Source: the human T2T-CHM13v2.0 reference genome, Homo sapiens. From it: DNA of 64,000 bases. The notes beneath the pieces are model-generated. The model did not search any database. It worked only from the letters and a program-made list of their open reading frames with translations, and was not told the origin of the DNA. Shown one piece after another: positions 47,741 to 64,000 of the stretch (the first letter of the stretch is position 1; every line of letters starts with the position of its first letter). Where the stretch lies: the NCBI RefSeq assembly GCF_009914755.1, contig NC_060943.1; one strand, given 5' to 3'. The position numbers and the translations under genes were made by a program.

Positions 47741-48835
47741 TGAACAGCTGGGATTACAGGCACCCGTCCCCATGCCCGGGTAATTTTTGTATATTTAGTA
47801 GAGATGGGGTTTCACCATGTTGGCCAGGCTGGTCTCGAACTCCTTACCTCAAGTGATCCATCCGCCTCAGCCTCCCAAAGTGCTGGGATTACAGGCGTGA
47901 GCCACTGCGCCCGGCTTCTTGAATTAGTTTCTAGGAGAAGCCAAGAACCCCCCCGGGCTAAGCCTCAATTTTGGGGCTCGCCTGTGCTGCATCAGCTTCA
48001 CACCTAGAGAAGAGAGTGAAAGAGAAGGGAGAGCCGTCCTTTTGGGCTGCCTTGAAATAAAGGTTGACCCATGGGTTCATGTATTGTCATTCATTCTCAT
48101 TTTCTCTTCCTCTCTTTCTCTCTCTCCCCTGCCCCTTAAGTTAGCTTTTCTAAACCCTACCTGCATAAGGATAAGAAATAGAAGGAGGGGACACTTTAGG
48201 ATGCTACAAAATAAAATACAACAACAACAACAATAACAGCAGCAGCAACAACAACAACAGCAACAAAAGGGGAAGAAACAAATCTGGCCACTGCACATTC
48301 CTCCTTGCCAACAAAAAGCCGCGGATGCAAAAAGCTGCCCTTCACTGCATAGACAGAAGAGGGCGCGCTCGAGCTATGAATCTCGGAAATTACTCAAACC
48401 ATCAGCCTCTGCAAGAAGCAAAGTGGACGGCCGGGCGCGGTGGCTCACTCCTGGAATCCCAGCACTTTGGGAGCCCGAGGTGGGCGGATCACGAGGTCAG
48501 GAGATCGAGACTGTTCTGGCTAAACCAGTGAAACCCCCTCTCTACTAAAAAAATAAGAAAAGCGAAGTGCATCTCCCATAAACGAGGTACTGCAGGAAGA
48601 AAGCAGAAAATGAGACCCGAGTACACACATGCACGCGGGCGCGCGCACACACACACCAGAAGAAATGAACCAAGAGGAAAGGAAACATTTTCAAATAAGC
48701 ATTTGGAGATGGGAAAAACACCTTGAAACAGAAATTCATAAAGCACAGAATTTTTTTTTAAGTTAAAAAAGGAACAATAATAGACAGAAAATGAACGAAA
48801 AATTAAATGTCATATCAGAAGTGAAGATAAATTAA

Positions 48836-49051
<216 letters not shown>

Positions 49052-50453
49052 TAGAGTCATCATGGAAATTAAACAACCTGCTTCCAAATGACTTTTGGGT
49101 AAAGACTGAATTTAAGGCAGAAATAAAAAAATTATTTGAAACTAATGAAAACAAACATACAACATCCCAGAATCTCTGGGACACAGCTAGAACAGTGCTC
49201 AAAGGAAGTTTCTAGTGCTATATGGCTACACTAAGAAGCTAGAAAGATCTCAAATGAACCGCCTAACATCACACCTAGAGGAATTAGAAAAACAAGAGCA
49301 AATCAACCCCAAAGCTAGCAGAAGAAAAAAAAAAACCAACATCGGAGCTGACCTGAATGAAATGGAGACGTAAAAAACCATACAAAAGATCAATGAAACC
49401 CAAAGTTGATTTTTTAAAAAAATTATTTATTTATTATTTATTCCATAAATTATTGGGGTACAGGTGGTGTGTGGTTACATAAGCTCTTTAGTGGTGATTT
49501 GTGATTTTGGTGCACCCATCACCTGAGCAGTATACACTACACCCTACTTGTTGTATTTTATCCCTCGCCCCCGCCAACTCGTCCCCCTAAGTCCCCACAG
49601 TCCATTGTATCATTCTTACGCCTTTGCGTCCTCATAGCTTAGCTCCCACATATCAGTGAGAACATACGATGTTTGGTTTTCCATTCCTGATTTACTTCAC
49701 TTAGATTAACAGTCTGCGGTCTCATCCAGGTCACGGCAAATGCTGTTAATTCATACAAAGTTGATATTTTTGAAAGCATAAATAACATGGGAAGACCACT
49801 AGCTAGATTAATAAAGAAAAAAAGACAAGATCCAAATAAACACAATCAGAAATGACAAAGGTGACATTACCACTGACCCACAGATATACAAGAAACCCTG
49901 AGACTATTCCACATGCCTCTATGCACACAAACTAGAAAACTAGAAGAAATAGAGAAATTCCTGGAAACATAAAACCTCTCAAGATTGAACCAGGAAGAAA
50001 TGGAAACCCTGAACAAACCAACGATGAGTTCCAAAATTGAGTTAGTCATACAAAACCTACCAACCAGCACAAAAAACCTTAGACTAGACGGATTCACAGT
50101 CGAATCCTACCAGATGTGTAAAGAAAAGGCGGCACCAATCCTACTGAAATTATTCCACACAATTGAGGAGGAGCAACTGCTCTCTAACTCATTCTATGAG
50201 GTCAGAGTCATTCTGATACCGAAACCTGGCAGAGACACAACGAAAAAAGGAAAATAGGTAAAGTAATACATATGTTAATGATCTTGATTTAGCCATTCTA
50301 CGGTATATACATATTTCAAAACAATATGTACATGATAAATATGTACAATTTGTCAATTAAAAATATATAAAAGGAATAGGAAAAAATTCAAATGGCACAG
50401 AATTTGAAAGGAGAAGATACAGAACAAACTCCGGTGTCTTCTTTATTCAACTA

Positions 50454-50774
<321 letters not shown>

Positions 50775-51845
50775 TTAATGAATGAATGATGAGACTGTTG
50801 GTTACATCTCCCGCCTTCTCCCTCTCACTCCACTGCAGCCACACGGGGCTCCTCACTGTTCCCGTAGCAGCAGGCATGTGCCCCCACTGGGCCTCTGTAC
50901 TGGCTGTTCCCACTGCCCGAACACCCTCATGCACCATCTGCACTGTCCAATACGGCCGCCTCTGGCCACACATGGCTACTGAGCAGTTGAACATGGCTGG
51001 TCCAAACCAACATTTCCAAGACGTCGTATGGTAAAAAATAACATAAAATCTTGCAAAAATGTTTCTATTGATTATGTTAAAATTATGATGTTTTAGGTAT
51101 ATTAGGTTAAATCAGCTATTTTATCCAAATGAATCTCGCCTGTTTGTTTTTGCTTTTTTTTTTTTTTTTTTTTTTTGAGGTGGAGGCTCGCTCTGTCGCC
51201 CAGGCTAGAGTACAATGGCGTGGTCTCGGCTCACTGCATCACTGCAACCTCTACCTCCCAGGTTCAAGCGATTCTCCTACCTCACCCTCCCAAGTGGCTG
51301 GGATTACAGGCGTGTGCCACCACACCCAGCTAATTTTTGTATTTTTAGTAGAGACAGGGTTTCACCATGTTGGCCAGGCTGGTCTCGAACTGCTGACCTC
51401 GTGATCTACCTGCCTCGGCCTCCCAAAGTCCTGGGATTACAGGTGTGGGCCACTGCGCCGGCCATGTTTCTCGACTTCTGCTGGCAAGCATGTTCCAGTA
51501 TTTGCATGGCTCCTAGCCCTCATCTCCATTTCTCTGCACAGATGTTACCTTCCCCATGAGGTCTGCCTTATACATGAGGCCTGTATTATAAACTGCAACT
51601 CCGCATTCCCCAACCCCGTTGTTTCTTCTCTCCAGAACACTAGGCACCATCTGATCTCCTATGCCTTTTCCTTATTGTCAGATACTGAACTCTCAGATAC
51701 AGTTCCCCTTCCTCCCTCCAGGGGGCGCCATGGAACGCAGGGCCCTCACTGGCCCTGGGGACTGGGTGACGACAGGGGGGAGCCTCTGGTGATTGGCTCC
51801 CTCACCCTGCGTAAGATCAAAGGGACTAAAGGACAGCCCCGACAC

Positions 51846-51967
51846 CCGGAGCCATTGTGGCTCAGGCCGGTTGCGCCTGCCCTCCGGCCCTCACGGAGGC
51901 GGGGTTTCCAGGGCACGAGTTCGAAGCCAGCCTGGTCCACATGGGTCGGAAAAAAGGACTTTTTTTT
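51846..51967 (+). ncRNA. SNAR-A: snaR gene, A-type (unit 10)
   Basis: Reads identical to 41117-41238. Confidence 0.9.
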
Positions 51968-52958
51968 ATCGTTCCCAATATAACGACAAAACATAAAGGG
52001 AGGACGCCTTGATAGGAAGAAATGACATCTTCCTAAGTGTTTTTAAATTACTTCCATGTGTCTTTTTTTTTTTTTTTTTTGGGAGACCGAGCCTTGCTCT
52101 GTTGCCCAGGCTGGATTGCAGTGGTGTGATCTTCGCTCACTGCAACCTCCGCCTCGTCGGTTCAAGGGAGTCTCCTATCTAAGCCTCCTGAGTAGCTGGG
52201 ATTACAGTCGCCTGCCAAGAGATGGGGTTTCGCCATGTTGACCAGGCTGGTCTTGAACACCTGGCCTCAAATGATCCACTCGCCTTGGTCTCCCAAAGTG
52301 GTAGGATGACAGGCGTGAGCCACCGCGCCCAGCCTCTTCTATTCTTTTAGAGACAGGGTCTCACTGTGTTGCCCAGGCTGGAGTGCATTGATGTGATGTG
52401 TGATCATAGCTCATTGCAGCCCTGACCATCCGAGCTCAAGCAATCCTTCTGCCTCAGCCTCCTGAGTAGCTGGGGCCGCAGATGTGCACCACTGCACCTG
52501 GCTAATTTTTAACATTTTTGTGGAGCCAGAGTCTGTATAAAATAAAGTGTAAATAGTACCATAAATAAAGAATACATAGTACCATTTTATAGTAGTATAA
52601 AACGGACATTAGAAACTCTGAACTTAAAGGTTAAAAAAATACACAAAAGTAGTTCTCAAGTTCTAGAGACTTGGAGAATCCAGGAATCAACAATGTCGTG
52701 GAACTCCTACAGCCTTTCATAAAGAATGGCCCTCGAGGAAAGTGGAATTGTCAGTGGGCATTGTGTTCGTGCCTCAGCTAAACACGGCAGGAATTTATTT
52801 ATAACCTAGTGTAACATCCTCGAGGCACTGTTCAATTAGTCAAGCAATTGTAAAATTCTCCCAGTCTTAGAAAATATACAGGTGTGTGTCCCTCTGCTGT
52901 GGCTGTGCACTGAGGCTTCGGTAAAGGTTGCCGTCTAAAACCACCGGCGTGCCCTTGA

Positions 52959-53090
<132 letters not shown>

Positions 53091-54195
53091 TGAACAGCTG
53101 GGATTACAGGCACCCGTCCCCATGCCCGGGTAATTTTTGTATATTTAGTAGAGATGGGGTTTTCAGCATGTTGGCCAGGCTGGTCTCGAACTCCTTACCT
53201 CAAGTGATCCATCCGCCTCAGCCTCCCAAAGTGCTGGGATTACAGGCGTGAGCCACTGCGCCCGGCTTCTTGAATTAGTTTCTAGGAGAAGCCAAGAACC
53301 CCCCCGGGCTAAGCCTCAATTTTGGGGCTCGCCTGTGCTGCATCAGCTTCACACCTAGAGAAGAGAGTGAAAGAGAAGGGAGAGCCGTCCTTTTGGGCTG
53401 CCTTGAAATAAAGGTTGACCCATGGGTTCATGTATTGTCATTCATTCTCATTTTCTCTTCCTCTCTTTCTCTCTCTCCCCTGCCCCTTAAGTTAGCTTTT
53501 CTACACCCTACCTGGATAAGGATAAGAAATAGAAGGAGGGGACACTTTAGGATGCTACAAAATAAAATACAACAACAACAACAATAACAGCAGCAGCAAC
53601 AACAACAACAGCAACAAAAGGGGAAGAAACAAATCTGGCCACTGCACATTCCTCCTTGGCAACAAAAAGCCGTGGATGCAAAAAGCTGCCCTTCACTGCA
53701 TAGACAGAACAGGGCGCGCTCGAGGTATGAATCTCGGAAATTACTCAAGCCATCAGCCTCTGCAAGAAGCAAAGTGGACGGCCGGGCGCGGCGGCTCACT
53801 CCTGGAATCCCAGCACTTTGGGAGCCCGAGGTGGGCGGATCACGAGGTCAGGAGATCGAGACTGTTCTGGCTAAACCAGTGAAACCCCCTCTCTACTAAA
53901 AAAATAACAAAAGCGAAGTGCATCTCCCATAAACGAGGTACTGCAGGAAGAAAGCAGAAAATGAGACCCGAGTACACACATGCACGCGGGCGTGCGCACA
54001 CACACACCAGAAGAAATGAACCAAGAGGAAAGGAAATATTTTCAAGTAAGCATTTGGAGATGGGAAAAACATCTTGAAACAGAAATTCATAAAGTACACA
54101 CATGTTTTTTTTTTTAAGTTAAAAGAGGAACAATAATAAACAGGCAGAAAATGAATAAAAAATAAAATGTCATATCAGAAGTGAAGATAAATTAA

Positions 54196-54408
<213 letters not shown>

Positions 54409-55950
54409 TAGAGTCATCATGGAAATTAAACAACCTGCTTCCAAATGACTTTTGGGTAAAGACTGAAATTAAGGCAGAAATAAAAAAATTATTTGAAACT
54501 AATGAAAACAAACATACAACATCCCAGAATCTCTGGGACACAGCTACAACAGTGCTCAGAGGAAGTTTCTAGTGCTATATGGCTACATTAAGAAGCTAGA
54601 AAGATCTCAAATGAACCGCCTAACATCACACCTAGAGGAATTAGAAAAACAAGAGCAAATCAACCCCAAAGCTAGCAGAAGAAAAAAAAAAAAACAAAAT
54701 CAGAGCTGAGCTGAATGAAATTGAGATGTAAAATACCATACAAAAGATCAATGAAACCCAAAGTTGATTTTTTAAAAAAATTATTTATTTATTATTTATT
54801 CCATAAATTATTGGGGTACAGGTGGTATGTGGTTACATAAGCTCTTTAGTGGTGATTTGTGATTTTGGTGCACCCATCACCTGAGCAGTATACACTACCC
54901 CCTATTTGTTGTCTTTTATCCCTCGCCCTGGCCAACTCGTCCCCCTAAGTCCCCAAAGTCCATTGTATCATTCTTATGCCTTTGTGTCCTCATAGCTTAG
55001 GTCCCACATATCAGTGAGAACATACGATGTTTGGTTTTCCATTCCTGAGTTACTTCACTTAGAATAATACTCTCCGGTCTCATCCAGGTCACTGCAAATG
55101 CTGTTAATTCATACAAAGTTGATATTTTTGGAAGCATAAATAACATGGAAAGACCACTAGCTAGATTAATAAAGAAAAAAAGACAAGATCCAAATAAACA
55201 CAATCAGAAATGACAGAGGTGACATTACCACTGACCCACAGACATACAAGAAACCCTGAAACTATTCCACATGCCTCTATGCACAAAAACTAGAAAACTA
55301 GAAGAAATAGAGAAATTCCTGGAAACATAAAACCTCTCAAGATTGAACCAGGAAGAAATGGAAACCCTGAACAAACCAACGATGAGTTCCAAAATTGAGT
55401 TAGTCATACAAGACCTACCAACCAGCGCAAAAAACCTTAGACTAGACGGATTCACAGTCGAATTCTACCAGATGTGTAAAGAAAAGCCGGCACCAATCCT
55501 ACTGAAATTATTCCACACAATTGAGGAGGAGCAACTGCTCTCTAACTCATTCTATGAGGTCAGAGTCATTCTGATACCGAAACCTGGCAGAGACACAACG
55601 AAAAAAGGAAAATAGGTAAAGTAATACATATGTTAATGATCTTGATTTAGCCATTCTACGGTATATACATATTTCAAAACAATATGTACATGATAAATAT
55701 GTACAATTTGTCAATTAAAAATATATAAAAGGAAGAGGAAAAAATTCAAATGGCGTAGAATTTGAAAGGAGAAGATACAGAACAAACTCCAGTGTCTTAT
55801 TATTCAACTATATATACACACGTTCAATGGACCGGGAGCAGTGGCTCAAGCCTGTAATCACAGCACTTTGGGAGGTCAAGGCGGGCAGATCACCTGAGGG
55901 CGGGAGTTTGAGACCAGCCTGACCAACAAAGAGAAACCCCAGCTCTACTA

Positions 55951-56103
<153 letters not shown>

Positions 56104-57208
56104 TCAGTCTCAAAAAAAAAAAAAAAAAAAAGAAAAAGGATTTAATGAATGAATGATGAGACCGTTGGTGACATCTCCCACCTTCTCCCTCTCACTCCAC
56201 TGCAGCCACACGGGGCTCCTCACTGTTCCCGTAGCAGCAGGCATGTGCCCCCACAGGGCCTCTGTACTGGCTGTTCCCACTGCCCGAACACCCTCATGCA
56301 CCATCTGCACTGTCCAATACGGCCGCCTCTGGCCACACATGGCTACTGAGCAGTTGAACATGGCTGGTCCAAACCAAGATTTCCAAGACGTCGTGTGGTA
56401 AAAAAAACAACATAAAATTTTGCAAAAATGTTTCTATTGATTATGTTAAAATTATGATGTTTTAGGTATATTAGGTTAAATCAGCTATTTTATCAAAATG
56501 AATCTCGCCTGTTTGTTTTTGCTTTTTTTTTTTTTTTTTTGAGATGGAGTCTCGCTCTGTCGCCCAGGCTAGAGTACAATGGCGTGGTCTCAGCTCACTG
56601 CATCACTGCAACCTCTACCTCCCAGGTTCAAGCGATTCTCCTACCTCACCCTCCCAAGTGGCTGGGATTACAGGCGTGTGCCACCACACCCAGCTAATTT
56701 TTGTATTTTTGTAGAGACAGGGTTTCACCATGTTGGCCAGGCTGGTCTCGAACTGCTGACCTCGTGATCTACCTGCCTCGGCCTCCCAAAGTCCTGGGAT
56801 TACAGGTGTGGGCCACTGCGCCGGCCATGTTTCTCGACTTCTGCTGGCAAGCATGTTCCAGTATTTGCATGGCTCCTAGCCCTCATCTCCATTTCTCTGC
56901 ACAGATGTTATCTTCCCCATGAGGTCTGCCTTATACATGAGGCCTGTATTATAAAGTGCAACTGCCAATTCGCCAACCCCGTTGTTTCTTCTCTCCAGAA
57001 CACTAGGCACCATCTGATCTCCTATGCCTTTTCCTTATTGTCAGATACTGAACTCTCAGATACAGTTCCCCTTCCTCCCTCCAGGGGGCGCCATGGAACG
57101 CAGGGCCCTCACTGGCCCTGGGGACTGGGTGACGTCAGGGGTGAGCCTCTGGTGATTGGCTCCCTCACCCTGCGTAAGATCAAAGGGCCTAAAGGTCAGC
57201 CCCGACAC

Positions 57209-57328
57209 CCGGAGCTATTGTGGCTCCGGCCGGTTGCGCGGGCCCTCGGACCCTCAGAGAGGCGAGGGTTCGAGGGCACGAGTTCGAGGCCAACCTGGTC
57301 CACATGGGTTGAAAAAAAAATTTTTTTT
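57209..57328 (+). ncRNA. SNAR-C: snaR gene, B/C-type (unit 11)
   Basis: Same body as unit 1. Confidence 0.88.
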
Positions 57329-57357
57329 ATCGTTCCCAATATAACAACAAAACATAA

Positions 57358-57602
<245 letters not shown>

Positions 57603-58289
57603 TGACCAGGCTGGTCTTGAACACCTGGCCTCAAATGATCCACTCGCCTTGGTCTCCCAAACTGGTAGGATGACAGGCGTGAGCCACCGCGCCCAGCCTC
57701 TTCTATTCTTTTAGAGACAGCGTCTCACTCTGTTGCCCAGGCTGGAGTGCATTGATGTGATGTGTGATCATAGCTCATTGCAGCCCTGACCATCCGAGCT
57801 CAAGCAATCCTTCTGTCTCAGCCTCCTGAGTAGCTGGGGCCGCAGATGTGCACCACTGCACCTGGCTAATTTTTAACATTTTTTGTGGAGCCAGAGTCTG
57901 TATAAAATAAAGTGTAAATAGTACCATAAATAAAGAATACATAGTACCATTTTATAGTAGTATAAAACGGACATTAGAAACTCTGGACTTAAAGTTTAAA
58001 AAAATACACAAAAGTAGTTCTCAAGTTCTAGAGACTTGGAGAATCCAGGAATCAACAATGTCGTGGAACTCCTACAGCCTTTCATAAAGAATGGCCCTCG
58101 AGGAAAGTGGAATTGTCAGTGGGCATTGTGTTCGTGTCTCAGCTAAACACGGCAGGAATTTATTTATAACCTAGTGTAACATCCTCGAGGCACTGTTCAA
58201 TTAGTCAAGCAATTGTAAAATTCTCCCAGTCTTAGAAAAGATACAGGTGTGTGTCCCTCTGCTGTGGCTGTGCACTGACGCTTCAGTAA

Positions 58290-58475
<186 letters not shown>

Positions 58476-59608
58476 TGAACAGCTGGGATTACAGGCACCC
58501 GTCCCCATGCCCGGGTAATTTTTGTATATTTAGTAGAGATGGGGTTTCACCATGTTGGCCAGGCTGGTCTCGAACTCCTTACCTCAAGTGATCCATCCGC
58601 CTCAGCCTCCCAAAGTGCTGGGATTACAGGCGTGAGCCACTGCGCCCGGCTTCTTGAATTAGTTTCTAGGAGAAGCCAAGAACCCCCCCGGGCTAAGCCT
58701 CAATTTTGGGGCTCGCCTGTGCTGCATCAGCTTCACACCTAGAGAAGAGAGTGAAAGAGAAGGGAGAGCCGTCCTTTTGGGCTGCCTTGAAATAAAGGTT
58801 GACCCATGGGTTCATGTATTGTCATTCATTCTCATTTTCTCTTCCTCTCTTTCTCTCTCTCCCCTGCCCCTTAAGTTAGCTTTTCTACACCCTACCTGGA
58901 TAAGGATAAGAAATAGAAGGAGGGGACACTTTAGGATGCTACAAAATAAAATACAACAACAACAACAATAACAGCAGCAGCAACAACAACAACAGCAACA
59001 AAAGGGGAAGAAACAAATCTGGCCACTGCACATTCCTCCTTGCCAACAAAAAGCCGCGGATGCAAAAAGCTGCCCTTCACTGCATAGACAGAAGAGGGCG
59101 CGCTCGAGCTATGAATCTCGGAAATTACTCAAACCATCAGCCTCTGCAAGAAGCAAAGTGGACGGCCGGGCGCGGTGGCTCACTCCTGGAATCCCAGCAC
59201 TTTGGGAGCCCGAGGTGGGCGGATCACGAGGTCAGGAGATCGAGACTGTTCTGGCTAAACCAGTGAAACCCCCTCTCTACTAAAAAAATAAGAAAAGCGA
59301 AGTGCATCTCCCATAAACGAGGTACTGCAGGAAGAAAGCAGAAAATGAGACCCGAGTACACACATGCACGCGGGCGCGCGCACACACACACCAGAAGAAA
59401 TGAACCAAGAGGAAAGGAAACATTTTCAAATAAGCATTTGGAGATGGGAAAAACACCTTGAAACAGAAATTCATAAAGCACAGAATTTTTTTTTAAGTTA
59501 AAAAAGGAACAATAATAGACAGAAAATGAACGAAAAATTAAATGTCATATCAGAAGTGAAGATAAATTAAAAGTGGTCAAAGGAGAAGAGATCTAAATGC
59601 AAACTTAA

Positions 59609-59785
<177 letters not shown>

Positions 59786-61187
59786 TAGAGTCATCATGGA
59801 AATTAAACAACCTGCTTCCAAATGACTTTTGGGTAAAGACTGAATTTAAGGCAGAAATAAAAAAATTATTTGAAACTAATGAAAACAAACATACAACATC
59901 CCAGAATCTCTGGGACACAGCTAGAACAGTGCTCAAAGGAAGTTTCTAGTGCTATATGGCTACACTAAGAAGCTAGAAAGATCTCAAATGAACCGCCTAA
60001 CATCACACCTAGAGGAATTAGAAAAACAAGAGCAAATCAACCCCAAAGCTAGCAGAAGAAAAAAAAAAACCAACATCGGAGCTGACCTGAATGAAATGGA
60101 GACGTAAAAAACCATACAAAAGATCAATGAAACCCAAAGTTGATTTTTTAAAAAAATTATTTATTTATTATTTATTCCATAAATTATTGGGGTACAGGTG
60201 GTGTGTGGTTACATAAGCTCTTTAGTGGTGATTTGTGATTTTGGTGCACCCATCACCTGAGCAGTATACACTACACCCTACTTGTTGTATTTTATCCCTC
60301 GCCCCCGCCAACTCGTCCCCCTAAGTCCCCAAAGTCCATTGTATCATTCTTACGCCTTTGCGTCCTCATAGCTTAGCTCCCACATATCAGTGAGAACATA
60401 CGATGTTTGGTTTTCCATTCCTGAGTTACTTCACTTAGAATAACAGTCTCCGGTCTCATCCAGGTCACGGCAAATGCTGTTAATTCATACAAAGTTGATA
60501 TTTTTGAAAGCATAAATAACATGGGAAGACCAGTAGCTAGATTAATAAAGAAAAAAAGACAAGATCCAAATAAACACAATCAGAAATGACAAAGGTGACA
60601 TTACCACTGACCCACAGATATACAAGAAACCCTGAGACTATTCCACATGCCTCTATGCACACAAACTAGAAAACTAGAAGAAATAGAGAAATTCCTGGAA
60701 ACATAAAACCTCTCAAGATTGAACCAGGAAGAAATGGAAACCCTGAACAAACCAACGATGAGTTCCAAAATTGAGTTAGTCATACAAAACCTACCAACCA
60801 GCACAAAAAACCTTAGACTAGACGGATTCACAGTCGAATCCTACCAGATGTGTAAAGAAAAGGCGGCACCAATCCTACTGAAATTATTCCACACAATTGA
60901 GGAGGAGCAACTGCTCTCTAACTCATTCTATGAGGTCAGAGTCATTCTGATACCGAAACCTGGCAGAGACACAACGAAAAAAGGAAAATAGGTAAAGTAA
61001 TACATATGTTAATGATCTTGATTTAGCCATTCTACGGTATATACATATTTCAAAACAATATGTACATGATAAATATGTACAATTTGTCAATTAAAAATAT
61101 ATAAAAGGAATAGGAAAAAATTCAAATGGCACAGAATTTGAAAGGAGAAGATACAGAACAAACTCCGGTGTCTTCTTTATTCAACTA

Positions 61188-61508
<321 letters not shown>

Positions 61509-62583
61509 TTAATGAATGAATGATGAGACTGTTGGTTACATCTCCCACCTTCTCCCTCTCACTCCACTGCAGCCACACGGGGCTCCTCACTGTTCCCGTA
61601 GCAGCAGGCATGTGCCCCCACTGGGCCTCTGTACTGGCTGTTCCCACTGCCCGAACACCCTCATGCACCATCTGCACTGTCCAATACGGCCGCCTCTGGC
61701 CACACATGGCTACTGAGCAGTTGAACATGGCTGGTCCAAACCAACATTTCCAAGACGTCGTATGGTAAAAAATAACATAAAATCTTGCAAAAATGTTTCT
61801 ATTGATTATGTTAAAATTATGATGTTTTAGGTATATTAGGTTAAATCAGCTATTTTATCCAAATGAATCTCGCCTGTTTGTTTTTGCTTTTTTTTTTTTT
61901 TTTTTTTTTTTTTTTGAGATGGAGGCTCGCTCTGTCGCCCAGGCTAGAGTACAATGGCGTGGTCTCGGCTCACTGCATCACTGCAACCTCTACCTCCCAG
62001 GTTCAAGCGATTCTCCTACCTCACCCTCCCAAGTGGCTGGGATTACAGGCGTGTGCCACCACACCCAGCTAATTTTTGTATTTTTGTAGAGACAGGGTTT
62101 CACCATGTTGGCCAGGCTGGTCTCGAACTGCTGACCTCGTGATCTACCTGCCTCGGCCTCTCAAAGTCCTGGGATTACAGGTGTGGGCCACTGCGCCGGC
62201 CATGTTTCTCGACTTCTGCTGGCAAGCATGTTCCAGTATTTGCATGGCTCCTAGCCCTCATCTCCATTTCTCTGCACAGATGTTATCTTCCCCATGAGGT
62301 CTGCCTTATACATGAGGCGTGTATTATAAAGTGCAACTGCCAATTCGCCAACCCCGTTGTTTCTTCTGTCCAGAACACTAGGCACCATCTGATCTCCTAT
62401 GCCTTTTCCTTATTGTCAGATACTGAACTCTCAGATACAGTTCCCCTTCCTCCCTCCAGGGGGCGCCATGGAACGCAGGGCCCTCACTGGCCCTGGGGAC
62501 TGGGTGACGTCAGGGGTGAGCCTCTGGTGATTGGCTCCCTCACCCTGCGTAAGATCAAAGGGCCTAAAGGTCAGCCCCGACAC

Positions 62584-62703
62584 CCGGAGCTATTGTGGCT
62601 CCGGCCGGTTGCGCGGGCCCTCGGACCCTCAGAGAGGCGAGGGTTCGAGGGCACGAGTTCGAGGCCAACCTGGTCCACATGGGTTGAAAAAAAAATTTTT
62701 TTT
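62584..62703 (+). ncRNA. SNAR-C: snaR gene, B/C-type (unit 12, in a chimeric unit)
   Basis: Same body as unit 1. Confidence 0.88.
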
Positions 62704-62732
62704 ATCGTTCCCAATATAACAACAAAACATAA

Positions 62733-62977
<245 letters not shown>

Positions 62978-63698
62978 TGACCAGGCTGGTCTTGAACACC
63001 TGGCCTCAAATGATCCACTCGCCTTGGTCTCCCAAAGTGGTAGGATGACAGGCGTGAGCCACCGCGCCCAGCCTCTTCTATTCTTTTAGAGACAGCGTCT
63101 CACTCTGTTGCCCAGGCTGGAGTGCATTGATGTGATGTGTGATCATAGCTCATTGCAGCCCTGACCATCCGAGCTCAAGCAATCCTTCTGCCTCAGCCTC
63201 CTGAGTAGCTGGGGCCGCAGATGTGCACCACTGCACCTGGCTAATTTTTAACATTTTTTGTGGAGCCAGAGTCTGTATAAAATAAAGTGTAAATAGTACC
63301 ATAAATAAAGAATACATAGTACCATTTTATAGTAGTATAAAACGGACATTAGAAACTCTGGACTTAAAGTTTAAAAAAATACACAAAAGTAGTTCTCAAG
63401 TTCTAGAGACTTGGAGAATCCAGGAATCAACAATGTCGTGGAACTCCTACAGCCTTTCATAAAGAATGGCCCTCGAGGAAAGTGGAATTGTCAGTGGGCA
63501 TTGTGTTCGTGCCTCAGCTAAACACGGCAGGAATTTATTTATAACCTAGTGTAACATCCTCGAGGCACTGTTCAATTAGTCAAGCAATTGTAAAATTCTC
63601 CCAGTCTTAGAAAAGATACAGGTGTGTGTCCCTCTGCTGTGGCTGTGCACTGACGCTTCAGTAAAAGTTACCGTCTAAAACCACCGGCCTGCCCTTGA

Positions 63699-63845
<147 letters not shown>

Positions 63846-64000
63846 TGAACAGCTGGGATTACAGGCACCCGTCCCCATGCCCGGGTAATTTTTGTATATT
63901 TAGTAGAGATGGGGTTTTCAGCATGTTGGCCAGGCTGGTCTCGAACTCCTTACCTCAAGTGATCCATCCGCCTCAGCCTCCCAAAGTGCTGGGATTACAG

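Overview
Primate (hominid-type) non-coding DNA. The whole window is a head-to-tail tandem array of a ~5.35-5.38 kb unit: 11 complete copies plus a truncated 12th, with unit starts at about 1, 5380, 10748, 16117, 21496, 26874, 32253, 37632, 42982, 48361, 53712 and 59096. Each unit is a patchwork of old Alu, L1, L2, MER33-like and LTR fragments and carries one ~120-nt Pol III gene on the + strand. I recognise this gene as snaR (small NF90-associated RNA), known from the 19q13.3 clusters. Ten copies are of the snaR-B/C type and two are of the snaR-A type. There is no credible protein-coding gene; the ORFs I could place are repeat-derived or short chance frames that recur with the unit. The RNA family itself is known. 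The points worth following up are: (1) a cassette upstream of every gene with a CTCF core plus upstream module, a CRE, a CCAAT box and an NBRE-like site, in which the CRE and NBRE states co-vary with RNA subtype; (2) a 10,729-bp two-unit higher-order duplication; (3) a chimeric unit with A-type upstream flank but a C-type gene; (4) subtype differences in A-box, B-box and hairpins. Repeat family names and subtype labels come from recall, not from database searches.
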